A DNA stretch of 64,000 nucleotides, from the IMG/VR virus record IMGVR_UViG_3300031992_000044; one strand, written 5' to 3'. Below are positions 46,903-58,724 of this stretch, piece by piece; the first letter of the stretch is position 1, and every line of letters begins with the position of its first letter. The notes beneath the pieces are model-generated. The model was not told where the DNA came from and made no database searches. It saw nothing but the letters and a program-made list of their open reading frames with translations. Origin of the DNA: a virus. The translations under genes were made by a program, and so were the position numbers.

Positions 46903-49392
46903 ATGGTTAGAGTAGACGATAATTTATATAACGTATCATTTCCCCAATAGAAACTACCACTAAAAAAGAAAGACGAATAGTGGCAGCATGATTGTGTAAA
47001 CTGGATAATCGGCGAGGGGAACGTTGCGTCTGGAGGTATGAATAAGACGCGATTCGGAGAGATACAAACCTACTATAATCTTTATAATTCTATATTTGAT
47101 GAAAAAGACTTCAAGCGTATTACGAACCCATTTAAGGTAGAAGATGGGTTCCCCGCTACTCCTCAAGATTTCAATATAATTAGGCCTAAGGTAGACCTCC
47201 TTATAGGTGAAGAGACAAAGAGGCCAATGAACTTCAGGGTGGTGAGAACGTCGTAGGAAGCCGCTTCAGAGCTTATGGACAGAGAGAAGGAGATGCTCAT
47301 CCAATATATTATGGCATCTATTACTTCTCAGATGGGTCCTGAAGAAGCACAATAGTTTTAGCAATAGTTACAGTCTGGCGAGATAATGCCTCCTGAAGCT
47401 ATAGCTAAATATATGTAGAAAGATTATAAAGATGTTATAGAAAACACAGCATATCATACCCTCACATACTTACGAGAAAAACTAAACTTGGACAATGAGT
47501 TTATCAAAGGCTGGAAAGATGCTCTTATTGCAGGTACTGAATTCTATTATGTTGGTGTAATGAACGATGAGCCGTACATGGAGAGAGTGAACCCAGAATA
47601 CTTCGATTATGATCATAGTCCTGATCTAGAGTTTGTAGAAGATGGTTCGTGGTGCTGTCGTAGAATGAGGATGCCTGTGGCTGAGATATATGACCGTTAT
47701 TATAATAAGCTTAGCGAGAAAGACTTGAATAAGCTTAACGAGATGATGGGTAGCAGACACGCTAATGATCTTGGTGATAGACCTCCTGTAGATAACTTCG
47801 GTGGTGGTATACAATTCCATATCTATGATAATCCTACTATGGATTAGAAGACTAGATATGCTATAAATGTATGGCACTGCTGTTGGAAATCTTTCAAAAA
47901 GATATACTATGTTACATACTTCGATGAAGCCGGTCAGGCACAAGTAGAAATTATGGACGAGTCTTATAAGAAGACAGGACAGGAGATATCAGTTGAACCG
48001 GACTGGATTATAGAAGTTTGGGAAGGATACCGTGCAGGATCTGATCTTTATTTTGGTATTCAGCCTATTGAGTACCAGCATGTATCAATTGATAACCCTA
48101 ATTCTCAAAAGCTTCCGTATTGCGGATGTGTCTACTCTAATACCAACAGTAGGCCACGTTCTCTTGTAAGTATACTTAAGCCTCTACAGTATATGTATAT
48201 TGTATTGTGGTATAGACTTGAGTTAGCTATAGCCAGAGATAAGGGAAAGGTAGTAAACATGGATATTACATAGATTCCTAAATCTATGAATATCACTCCT
48301 GATAGATGGATGCACTACTTGTCTTCTGTAGGCGTAAACTTTATTAATCCTTATGAAGAAGGTTGGAACATCGCAGGTAGAGAAGGCGGAAAGCCTGCTA
48401 CGTTTAATTAGATCACTGCTCTCGATCTTACTATGTCGAACGTAATCGCTGAATATATTCAGCTGATGGATAAGATTGAGCAATTGGCTGGTACTATATC
48501 AGGTATTACAGAACAGCGTGAAGGCGCTATTAGTTCTAATGAACTTGTAGGTAATGTAGAACGTAGTGTTGTACAGTCTTCTCATATTACTGAGCCTTTG
48601 TTCTGGGCTCACAACCAATGTAAGCGTCATGTACTTAACATGTTGTTAAATACAGCTAAAGGGGCATGGTAGCAGACAGGTAAGAAGAAGCTTAGTTATA
48701 TCTTCGATAATGGAGAACGTGCTTTTGTTGATATCCAAGATAAATTCTACTATGAAGATATGGATGTGTTTGTAAGCGACACTTCTAAAGACATGGAAAA
48801 CATTTAGAAGTTGCAGCAACTTATTCAGCCGGCTATGCAGAATGGTGCTAGCTTGCTTGAAGCAGCTGAGGTACTTACCAACGATAACTTCAACATCATC
48901 AAGCAGAAGCTTCTAGAGATGCAGCAACGTCAAGAACAGCAAATGCAACAGCAACAAGAAGCTGAGCAACAACAAGCTATACAACTGCAACAAATGCAGA
49001 ATGAAGCTCGTGAACAAGAACTTATGCTTGAAGAGGCTAAGATGGAGCTTGAGCGTTACAAGATCGATGCTGACAATTAGACTAAGATTGCGGTTGCTGA
49101 GATATCTACTTATCGTGGTACTGAGGAGAAAGATATCAATCAGAACAATATCCCAGATCCGCAGGAAATGTACGATATTGCTATTCAGCAGTAGAAGCTG
49201 CAATCCGATGCTTATACGAAGCGTTACGAAGCAAATCAGAAGAAGAATATAGAAGACAAGAAGATTGAGCTCGAACGTGAGAAGATGAAGCACGAGATGG
49301 CACTACAGAAGCAGAAGGATGACGCGGCTCTTGAGCGTGAGAAGGTTAAAGGGCGCTACGCTCTTCGTAACAAAACATCGGGAGAGCGATGA
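46903..49392 (+). CDS. Portal protein, 14 in-frame TAG (829 aa)
   Basis: Five track ORFs, all in frame 1. Every gap was read and contains only TAG. It follows terL directly. Size and the Q/E-rich C-terminal tail are typical of large podophage portals. Confidence 0.75.
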
Positions 49393-49562
49393 CGTACGCT
49401 GAAGAACAAGAGCTTCTATAGCTTACTAGAGAGAACAATCAATTGTTGAAACTTATACTGAGATATGTTTGGCATGATGGAGGCGATGATTTCATTACCA
49501 ACATCATTGCTAACATAATCGGTAATAGAATAGATCCTGCTTATGTATAGAGATCCAAGTGA
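49389..49562 (+). CDS. Possible small protein, 2 in-frame TAG (57 aa)
   Basis: Its ATG overlaps the portal TGA (ATGA). Open to TGA 49560-49562. Confidence 0.4.
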
Positions 49563-51531
49563 ATTTAGAGAGCGCTTTAAGGCGTATAAAGAAGGTAAAT
49601 CTGTACGAGAGATCTATGGATTGTCTGGGTATGCTGGAGGTAAAAGTACTATTGAAGACACCGCCGATTTTCTTAAACAGTATGAAGGGTTTAGAGATAA
49701 AACATATCTAGATGGAAAGGGGATACCCACTATTGGATACGGTTTTACGGATGCTAAATTTGTAAACAAAGGAAGAATAACAAAGGCTGAAGCGGATGCT
49801 GAGTTAAAAAGACAAATCGCATTTAGATAGGCAAAACTTAGAAAGAAACTTGGTCCTGCAGTGTGGGATTCTTTATCTAACGACAGTAAGAAAGCTCTCA
49901 CGTCGTATCATTATAATTATCCTTCCGGATTTGAAGATGATACCAAGTTTATGAAATATTGGAGGTCTGGACAGTATGCAAAAGCTATAAAAGAAGTAGA
50001 TGCAGGATGGAACGATTCTGCAAATCCAGGGCTTCGTACACGTAGAATGAAAGAGTAGTAGTTACTATTTTCAGACCCTGTACTTGGAGGTTTTATTGTT
50101 CCAGAAACAAAACCTGAACCAATTATAGCTATGCCAGACGCTACTAGAGTATCTACTATTCCTACTATACAATAGAAAGCTATAGATTATTCTGATCGTA
50201 GAAATGCAGTAGCCGCTGAAGCGGAGCGTGCTATGTGGGCTCATAATGTAATGGAGGATATGAAAGGTGCTTATCAAGTACCTATCTGGGAATCTCCTTC
50301 ATTACCAGCATTGACTCCTGTAGAGTATGATGTTACTCCTTTGAAGACATACGCTGGTGGTAAAGTTTCAAATGAACCGGTAATAACTCAAGGACGTGCT
50401 GGTAGTAGATTGGACAAACTCGACAGAATGATGGATCCGGACGAAGACGACGGTGTGGCAACTAGAGTGGCAAAGAAAATAGGAAAAGGTATTACATCTA
50501 TCGCACAAGATGCAAAGAAAATATTTGGATTAGAAACAGTAGATAGATTTGCTACTCGCACACAACGTCCAGAAGATTATGTAGACGCAGCATTCCTTAC
50601 AGTAGGTAATGCTATCATATCTAAAATAATGAAGTCGTCTTCTAAGGCGTTCATAAAATAGTTCGTAATGTCTTTTGATGATATGGATGCTAGAGCGATT
50701 GGAAAATATTTCTTTTAGGAGCATCCAGAATTAATGACACAACCGCAAGAAGCATGGTATGGAGAATTAGCTAAAAAATCAGATTCATATTTTCGTTAGG
50801 CGATAGATCACAGAGTCAAAATGTTTGATCGAGAAGGAAGACCTCTCAGCCCAGAAAGTATAGCAGCTTAGATCAGTCCTGATATCAAAATTGCACCAAT
50901 TAAAGGAAGTCGCTATGGGGGAATTTATTCTGCTCCCGATAATACTATGCTCGTCAATAGTGATCTTGTAAAAGACCCAAGAACTGCTGCTAAAGTATAT
51001 AATCACGAACGAGCTCATGCAATGCAAACAGCGTTTGAGAATGAAGTAGGATTGCCGTACCCGATTAGATACGGTACAGAAATGGAAGCTTTATTCCCGT
51101 TTACAGCAGAGCAAAAGGCGAAACGTCCAGGCGTGCATATAGGTAAAGAAATTGATGCTTCTTTACACGAAGTTAAATCATTGCGTTCGTATGACACGAA
51201 TCAACTAGGTAGAGCGTTAGATGTAGACTTTGAAAATATGTCTGATGAAGAGTTTAAACAATATGCGAATAATGGTTATTTCAAAGATATAATGCAGAAT
51301 ATCTAGAACGGACTACAAGCACAAAAGAAATTTATAAGCAAACTTAAGGACGGCAAGCTACCTGGATATAGTAACGGCAAAATAAGAATTAAACCGGCTA
51401 ATCTCGGTAAGTTTAATGCTACTAAAAAACGTACCGGTAAAACAACAGAAGAACTTACACACAGCAAAAACCCGCTTACTAGAAAACGCGCAATATTTGC
51501 ACAGAATGCTAGAAAGTGGAATCACAAATAA
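49543..51531 (+). CDS. Virion-associated multidomain protein: GH24 lysozyme domain plus HExxH zincin domain, 9 in-frame TAG (662 aa)
   Basis: Track ORFs 49543, 49861, 50233 and 50947 all lie in frame 1. Lysozyme motif FLKQYEGFRDKTYLDGKGIPTIGYGFT. Zincin motif NHERAHAMQ. Tandem TAG-TAG at 50056-50061. TAA at 51529. Confidence 0.8.
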
Positions 51532-51568
51532 CAGAATAAACTGTACAAATTAACTTACATATTATAAT

Positions 51569-52750
51569 ATGGCAAAGAAAAAGAATACAATTCCGAGCGG
51601 ATTTGAAGATGTTCTTGGAAGCATTTATTCTAATGCTGAAGGCCAAGAAGAGGTTACACAATTAACTGATGATAGAGGTTACTTTGTTAATCCCGACGAC
51701 GATGATGATCCAATCGATGAACCGATTAAGAATGAGCCGCCAGTGAAGAAAGATCCTGAGGACGGCAATGTAGACGATCCGGATAAACCGGATCCAAACG
51801 CAAAGGATGATGATTCTCCAATCCCTCCTAGCGTAAATAATCCTGAACCACCTATAACAGAACCACCTGTAGAGGATCCTAATAATAATGAACCTACAGA
51901 TGCTGATGTAATAGAAGCTGAACAAGTAGGGTTGTTCTTTGATGCCCTAGGTAATTCACTTGGGTGGAACATGGATGAGATTGATGAAAAGAGTAGACCT
52001 CTTACTGTAGATCAACTAACCGAATACATGCGTGATGTTGTACAGGAGAACTCCGTACCGCAATACGCAGACGATCGTATACAGGCGCTCGATGAGTATG
52101 TAAAGAACGGCGGTAAGTTTGAGGACTTCTACCAGAAACAGCAACAGGCTCTTACTCTTGATGACATTAATCTCGAAGACGAGAATAATCAAAAGGCAGT
52201 TATACGTGAACTCATGCAGCGTAATGGTTATACCAACGAGCAGATTAATAAAAAGATTGAACGCTATGAAGATGGTGACATGCTGTTTGAGGAATCTGAG
52301 GATGCTTTAGATAGATTGAAGCAGCTTAGGCAGGCTGAGGTTGAAGAAGCTAAACGACAATAGGAAGAATTTGCACGACAATAGGAAGAACAATCAAGAC
52401 AATTCTTCAGCACTGTAAGTAATGACATCAAATCACTTACTAACATTCGCGGCATCGCTATTCCTAAGGAAGATCGTCAAGCTTTGTTTGATTACATTTT
52501 CAAAGTGGATCAGAACGGTCAATCACAGTATACTAAAGACTTTAATAAGAATCTATCAAAGAACCTTATTGAGTCTGCGTATTTTACGATGAAAGCTGAT
52601 ACTTTAATCAATAACGCGACGAAGGCAGGAGAAACATCCGCTGCTGAAAAACTTAGGAAAATGTTGAGGCATAGTGCAAAGAATCATAGCACTTATAATG
52701 CCGATGATAAACAGAAGTCAGTAACCGACCTTATAGGTGGTATGTTCTGA
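51569..52750 (+). CDS. Scaffolding-like acidic protein, 2 in-frame TAG (393 aa)
   Basis: Track ORFs 51569..52363 and 52484..52750 share frame 2. Acidic and Pro-rich N-terminal half. Located immediately upstream of the MCP. Confidence 0.65.
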
Positions 52751-52772
52751 CGCACAAGAATTATAAATATAT

Positions 52773-54296
52773 ATGAATAATACTTTACTTAACAATCTCC
52801 AGCTGTACCGTGGACGTCGTTTCTCGGACCTGGTAGATGAAAACATGATTTCTAACGCCCTGCTGACTAGACCTCATGAGGTGTCTGGTCTGCTTTCACT
52901 GGTATTTGGTACAAAAGACGATGGTGTTTCTACTACTATCGATCTGCTCACCGGTGGTCTTGGCAAGACAATGATTATTGATAACCGCGAGTTTGAGTGG
53001 GCTGTCCAGGTTGACAGCGAGCACGCTATTAACATTCGTTGGGCAAAGTGGAACGGTAAGGAGATTACCTCCGCTAACTATATTTCTGAGACTCCTGGTC
53101 TGAATGGTACTCCTATCTACCTCGCTCTTGAAGAGCGTTGGTTCGGTCCTGGTGCAATTCTGTCATTTGACGATTACAAGTTCCAGGTTCGTGTAAACGG
53201 TGTTCCTTATCAGGACGGTAGCGCTTGGGTATATGAGGTATATGTTGTTGATGGAGCACAGGCTGCTTACATCCCCGGTGAGTTCCTGCTTCCTGGTCGT
53301 CAGGTAAGCCGTTTGGGTTCTGCTTACGAGGAGTACAGTGATGAGGCAGATATCATCAACTACCAGACTCCGTTTAAGATGCGTGGTCATCTGCAGACTC
53401 TCCGTCTGACTTATGATATTACTGGTGACGCATATTCAACGGTTCTGGCTATTGCTCTGCAGGATCCCGAGACTGGTAAGAAGAGCTATCTCTGGGCCGA
53501 TTATCAGTACTGGCTCGCACTCCGTGAGTGGAAGAAGCGTGAGGAGTATCAGCTGTTGTTCTCTAAGAGCAACCGTCTGGCTGATGGTACTTATCTTAAT
53601 AAAGGGACAAACGGCAGACCCGCACCTACGATGAGTGGTTTGTTCGAGCAGATTAGCCCGGCTAACATTCGTTACTATCATCACCTGACAGCTGAGCTGT
53701 TCGAGGATTATCTCTTCGACCTCTGCTACAATATCCTTGGTACCAATGAGCGTCGTTTCGTTGCTCTGACTGGTGAGATGGGTATTCGTGAGTTCGACCG
53801 TATCCTGAAGGAGAAGGTTGCTAGCTTCAATATGTGTGAGAATATCTTCGTTACCGGTAGCGGTCAGAACCTGACTCTCGGTGGTCAGTTCACTACCTAC
53901 AACATGACAAACGGTATCACGCTGTCTCTGAAGCGTTGTCCTTTGTTCGATAACATGGAGATGTTCCGTCAGCTCCATCCGCTGACTGGTAAACCCCTGA
54001 TGTCTTATACGTTCCTGTTCGTCAATATCAGCAACTTCGACGGTCAGGCTAACGTTGTTAAGGTTTGCCGCAAGGGTCGTGAGTTTGTTCAGTGGTACAC
54101 CGGCGGTTCTGTTTCGCCTCAGGGTTATGCAAACAGCATTAACACTCTGCGTTCTAACAGCCGTGATGGTTACCAGGTTCACTTCCTCGGTGAGGAGGGT
54201 ATTATGGTTCGTAACCCGCTGAACTGTGGTATTCTGTACTGCGACGCTGAAGATACCGAAATCTGCAACGACGGCGGTATTAATGTCGGTGCGTAA
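52773..54296 (+). CDS. Major capsid protein candidate (507 aa), no TAG
   Basis: Single uninterrupted ORF with strong GC3 and preferred-codon bias. It follows the scaffold-like gene and is followed by a GC hairpin. Confidence 0.7.
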   Translation: MNNTLLNNLQLYRGRRFSDLVDENMISNALLTRPHEVSGLLSLVFGTKDDGVSTTIDLLTGGLGKTMIIDNREFEWAVQVDSEHAINIRWAKWNGKEITSANYISETPGLNGTPIYLALEERWFGPGAILSFDDYKFQVRVNGVPYQDGSAWVYEVYVVDGAQAAYIPGEFLLPGRQVSRLGSAYEEYSDEADIINYQTPFKMRGHLQTLRLTYDITGDAYSTVLAIALQDPETGKKSYLWADYQYWLALREWKKREEYQLLFSKSNRLADGTYLNKGTNGRPAPTMSGLFEQISPANIRYYHHLTAELFEDYLFDLCYNILGTNERRFVALTGEMGIREFDRILKEKVASFNMCENIFVTGSGQNLTLGGQFTTYNMTNGITLSLKRCPLFDNMEMFRQLHPLTGKPLMSYTFLFVNISNFDGQANVVKVCRKGREFVQWYTGGSVSPQGYANSINTLRSNSRDGYQVHFLGEEGIMVRNPLNCGILYCDAEDTEICNDGGINVGA

Positions 54297-54317
54297 TATC
54301 AATAAAACATACTGATG

Positions 54318-54343
54318 TCCGAGGGGGCTTAGTGCCCCCGCCC
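54318..54343 (+). terminator. GC-rich hairpin after the MCP gene (no T-run)
   Basis: GGGGGC-TTAGT-GCCCCC. Confidence 0.45.
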
Positions 54344-54372
54344 GGCATCACAACATACTAATTATTATAATT

Positions 54373-55125
54373 ATGGTAGTTGAATTAAAGATTAAGAAGA
54401 AGAATCCCTGGGGATCTTTTATAAAGTATAGGAATTGTTTTGATTATATTGCTCCGTACTTTACACGTTCCGGGTCGATTTATACGGGTCTCACCCCAGA
54501 AGATGAGAAATATTATGAGAAAGCTTTGGGTTATCCCGAAGGACATCTTGCAAAAACATCAGAATTTTGGAATACATTCTCTGTAAAAGTTGGTGCACGT
54601 GGTTTGCTTCTCGACGATTCTATTCCTCGCCAAGCCATGATGATCAAATTCTTAGAAGGTCATAAGCGTGTTGCTACTACACTTGATAAACTTGATGCAG
54701 GTAAAGATTATCTGTTGATTAACCGTGAGGCTGAGGCAATTGAACAGAATAAGCAGAACAAGCTTCGTCGTGATGCAATTAAGCAGTTTGATACATTGTC
54801 GCTTGAGCAAATGCGTAAGTGTCTGCGTCTGTTTGGTGCTAATCCCGATCGTATGTCTAACGAACTTGTAGAATCTACATTGTTTGGTATTGTTGATAAA
54901 CAACCTAAGAAGTTCATGGATAAGTGGGTTAACAATAAGTCCAAAGAGACGGAGTTCTTGCTTGAGAATGCTATTGCTAAAGGTGTAATTCGTAAAGATA
55001 AGACACACTATTTCTACGGTTCTGATATGTTTGCAGACTCGCTTGATGATGCTATTGCATATTTGGATAGTAAGAAGAATCAAGACCTTAAGCTTTCGAT
55101 TATAAACGAAACAGAGAATAAATAA
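54373..55125 (+). CDS. Hypothetical structural protein (250 aa), no TAG
   Basis: ORF-track ORF. Confidence 0.75.
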   Translation: MVVELKIKKKNPWGSFIKYRNCFDYIAPYFTRSGSIYTGLTPEDEKYYEKALGYPEGHLAKTSEFWNTFSVKVGARGLLLDDSIPRQAMMIKFLEGHKRVATTLDKLDAGKDYLLINREAEAIEQNKQNKLRRDAIKQFDTLSLEQMRKCLRLFGANPDRMSNELVESTLFGIVDKQPKKFMDKWVNNKSKETEFLLENAIAKGVIRKDKTHYFYGSDMFADSLDDAIAYLDSKKNQDLKLSIINETENK

Positions 55126-55143
55126 CTCTAATAAACATGTGAT

Positions 55144-55944
55144 ATGACGCATAAAGACATATATACTAAGTTCGTGATAGAATATGACAAGGCAAATGTT
55201 ACTTCGTCATATCCATCGTTAACAGAATACGAAATAGCTACTGTTCTTGATAAAGCTTATAACGCACTGATTGCACAAAAGATAACTGGTAATAATTACA
55301 GACGGTCGATGTTCGAGTCTGACGTAAAATCTATTGCAGATCTTGAACCACTTGTTAAATCTGAAAAGAAGAGATTATCTTCAGAAAATTCGAGAGTTGC
55401 AAACATGAGTTATACTGATTGTCCTGATGATATGCTTTATTATATTACTTCGTACGTACGTAAAGATACAAAAGCAATGCCTGTTCAATCTCCATATAAT
55501 CCGATGGATAGTAACAGGACTAGGACAATGTAGGTAAAACTGGTTAGTCACGATATGGCAAACAATTTCTTTGCTAGCCCGCATAACATACCTTGGGTAA
55601 AAGATCCGGTATGTTATATAGAAAGCAATAAAATTAATGTCGTATACGATCCTATAGACAAACCAATGTTTGCTGATGCAGATGACAAAACAGATACCGA
55701 TATTGAAATAGTATATATAAAACAACCACACACGTTTGTAAAAGATTTGAGTCAATATTCTAGCGCAAATTACGCATCGTATTTCGATTGGAATGGCTCT
55801 GGAAATTTACCAGAAGCATATTAGTTCGAATGCAATAGCACAATGGCAGAAGAACTTGTAAGCCTTGCTGTAGCGTTTGCTCTTGAGAATGTAGAATCTG
55901 CTAGATTAAATAGTAAACTTAATATGAGAGGACTTGAAGCATGA
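55144..55944 (+). CDS. Hypothetical head/neck protein, 2 in-frame TAG (266 aa)
   Basis: Track ORFs 55144..55533 and 55555..55824 share frame 1. It ends at TGA 55942-55944, overlapping the next ATG. Confidence 0.75.
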
Positions 55945-56771
55945 CGTTAGATGAAACAAGACAAATGGGTATTGAATTCGAAAGACGAGTTCAAACCATG
56001 ATTCCTGAGAAGGAATTATTAGAGAAGCTTGATACTGAGACGATCTACTCGTTCCTCAATCAATATCAAGACAAATATATACACGATATTTATCGTAGCC
56101 TTGATGCTATTCCATCTGGTTCTAAGATCTCTGCACATGTAGAGAGTGTATTGCAATCGTTGTTAAAACGCGATTGGATACCGGTTACGGATCCGGGCGT
56201 AATAAACGCAACAAGCAATCTTATTGATCCAAACGGCATTGAGGTTATGAATACCGGTAGATCTGTAGTATATCCATTGAACCCCTTATTTTACATGTAT
56301 GTCAGAAGTGTATCAAAAGTCACTAAAACGTTTAGTTTTAGATCTGATAAAGCAAATAATAACAGCTCTATCAGAGTTTTGCCGAACGAGTTGGTATCAC
56401 AGTCCGATGCCTGGACTTTAATAGAAACTCCTCACGATACACTTAGGATATTACGTAGACCGGCTGCAGTGTTGAGTAATACCGTTGCTGATACAAACGG
56501 ACAGAAAGAAGGACAAAGTCTTACTGTAATATACGATCAGTATACTGAACCTCTTGGTATAGAGATATTATACTACAAAGAACCCGCTCATTTTGATCTT
56601 ATGACTTCTACTGCATGCGAACTTCCTTTAGATTGCTTCGACGATATTGTTACAGGTGCACTTGAACTCTATATTCAATATGTATCTGGTGCAGAAGCAA
56701 ATAGACGTAGACAGCAGGAGGCTATGAGACAGCAAGCTAGACAACAGAATAACGATAATGAGAACAGTTGA
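55941..56771 (+). CDS. Hypothetical structural protein (276 aa), no TAG
   Basis: ORF-track ORF. Confidence 0.75.
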   Translation: MTLDETRQMGIEFERRVQTMIPEKELLEKLDTETIYSFLNQYQDKYIHDIYRSLDAIPSGSKISAHVESVLQSLLKRDWIPVTDPGVINATSNLIDPNGIEVMNTGRSVVYPLNPLFYMYVRSVSKVTKTFSFRSDKANNNSSIRVLPNELVSQSDAWTLIETPHDTLRILRRPAAVLSNTVADTNGQKEGQSLTVIYDQYTEPLGIEILYYKEPAHFDLMTSTACELPLDCFDDIVTGALELYIQYVSGAEANRRRQQEAMRQQARQQNNDNENS

Positions 56772-57447
56772 TTTAATAGCAGCTTTTGAGCTTGAGATAA
56801 ATAAACTAGATAATTCTTTGCAAAAGCCTGTTACAGACGATTCGCTGTTCTGGATTAATCAAGCTGTTATTAAGTTTGTTAAAGATCGGTTTAATGGAAA
56901 TCCTCCTAAGAAGACTTCCTATGAGTAGAATGAAAAACGTACTAGAGATTTAATAAGATTATATAGAACTGGTACAAACTATAAATTTCGTAAAGACTTT
57001 AGTCATGTTAACTATAATAGTTATTCTTACTGCTATCCACAAGACATGATGTTTGTACTTAATGAAGATGTTGTTATAACAGATATGGATGGTGACCATC
57101 AGATGGATACGTGCGTATTTGAATGTACAGCAGATAGTTTTATGTATAGAATAAACAATAGTCTTACTGATTTTCATTATAAGTATCATAGAGCTCGTCC
57201 TCTTAGAATAAGAACAAGGAATGGATTTCGTCTGTTAACAGACAAGAATTATAAGATATACTCCTACACTTTAGGTTATCTTAAAGTGCCGGAAGAAATA
57301 ACTAATCAAGATCCATATAAAGAGTACAAGGATTTTGATGACTATATATGGTTAGAGATAACTAAGATCGCAGCACAGATGTATGTGGAGAATCAATCCG
57401 ATCCTAGATATAAAACTCTAACAAACGAAGTACTCACTTAGGAATAA
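56758..57447 (+). CDS. Hypothetical structural protein, 2 TAG (229 aa)
   Basis: ATG 56758 is in frame with track ORF 57046..57441 through TAG at 56926. The terminal sequence is TAG-GAA-TAA. Confidence 0.7.
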
Positions 57448-57523
57448 TTTAAACGTGGAAACCCCAGCTGGTTAGGTCCAGTCTTTGTATATAGGGGGAG
57501 TAGAATAAATTAATTAATATAAT

Positions 57524-58654
57524 ATGATTACATACGTAAATACTGTGCTCGTCAGCAATTTGGCTACGGGTGCTGTGCTCACAGATGAGCCCGCTGCAGC
57601 TACTTCTATGGCTGCTGCTTCTGCCGATGCTGGCAAGTTCATTATCATGAACTGCGATCCCGATGTTGTCGCCGATAAGCTGTATGAAGTTACTACAGCT
57701 AATGCTGGTGCTATCAACAAGATTAAGGTTGGTATCGTTACAAAGAAAAACACCGCTGTTCGCATGCCGGATGGTTCTACCGAGTATCGTCCTATTATTA
57801 AGTGGTCTAACGAGATTAAGTCTAAGGATGTTCGTAGTTACAACGTTCTTTCTTATACCGCAGACACCGAGGACGCTATTGTTATCGATTTTGATAACCT
57901 TGATGAGAGCAAGCTGGTTGATACCGTAAATGGTACCGATGGTGGCAAGCGCATCATCGTTCGTCTTACTTACAAGGATATGCCTCATCGCTATCGTAAG
58001 TGGACTGAGTCTTATGAGTATGTTACTTCTAAGACTGAAACCAAGGCTTCTATTGCCAAAGGTATCGCTGACATGATCAACCGTGAGTGGAAGCGCGCTC
58101 GTGTTTCTGTCGTAACTGGTACTTATACTCCTGGTCAAGCTGGTGCTCCTGGTACATTTACTGCTGGTGCTAATGGTACTGCTATTCAGATTACCGCTCT
58201 GCCTTATGATGATGACGATGCTGTTGATACGCTGAACTGGGCCAACAAGGTTCGTTTCAATGCTAACATTTATTGGACTGATCCTGCTGGTGATGGTTGG
58301 GAGTCACTGAACAAGTACTTCCCGAAGGGTGTTGTGATTGTTAAGACTCCTGGTAAGACCTATCCCGCTTCTGCTAAGCTGGTTCGTGATCGTGAGTCTC
58401 AGGCTATGGGTTATCTGGGCATCCTGAACCGTGGTAACGGTACTTGGCCGATCATCAAGCCTGATATGGAAGTACAGCTTGATAAGCACTATGATGCCAT
58501 TACGCTTGAGTTTGAGAATATGTATCGTGCTGCAGACGATATCTTCCGCAAAACCAAGCAGACTGTTGAGATCTATGGTATCGAAGATCAGCTTGAGGAT
58601 CTTAAAGATATTCTCGAAGCTTTCATCGAGTGGGATGGTAAGCTCGCAGATTGA
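57524..58654 (+). CDS. Abundant virion protein candidate (376 aa), no TAG
   Basis: Codon bias like the MCP. Followed by the strongest terminator in the window. Confidence 0.75.
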   Translation: MITYVNTVLVSNLATGAVLTDEPAAATSMAAASADAGKFIIMNCDPDVVADKLYEVTTANAGAINKIKVGIVTKKNTAVRMPDGSTEYRPIIKWSNEIKSKDVRSYNVLSYTADTEDAIVIDFDNLDESKLVDTVNGTDGGKRIIVRLTYKDMPHRYRKWTESYEYVTSKTETKASIAKGIADMINREWKRARVSVVTGTYTPGQAGAPGTFTAGANGTAIQITALPYDDDDAVDTLNWANKVRFNANIYWTDPAGDGWESLNKYFPKGVVIVKTPGKTYPASAKLVRDRESQAMGYLGILNRGNGTWPIIKPDMEVQLDKHYDAITLEFENMYRAADDIFRKTKQTVEIYGIEDQLEDLKDILEAFIEWDGKLAD

Positions 58655-58684
58655 TAAACAAAACATATAAAACTGGCTGGGGTG

Positions 58685-58719
58685 GGCTACGCCCAACCTG
58701 GCCTTTTTTATTACATATT
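58685..58719 (+). terminator. Intrinsic terminator
   Basis: GGCTGGGGTGGGC-TAC-GCCCAACCTGGCC followed by TTTTTT. Confidence 0.85.
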
Positions 58720-58724
58720 GCAAT

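Noticed and set aside
57457-57483. ECF-type promoter GGAAAC-N16-CAGTC upstream of the abundant 57524 gene
   Set aside because: It is a single occurrence and I found no second copy in the other late intergenic regions. It is mentioned under the sigma-factor finding but is not called as a feature.
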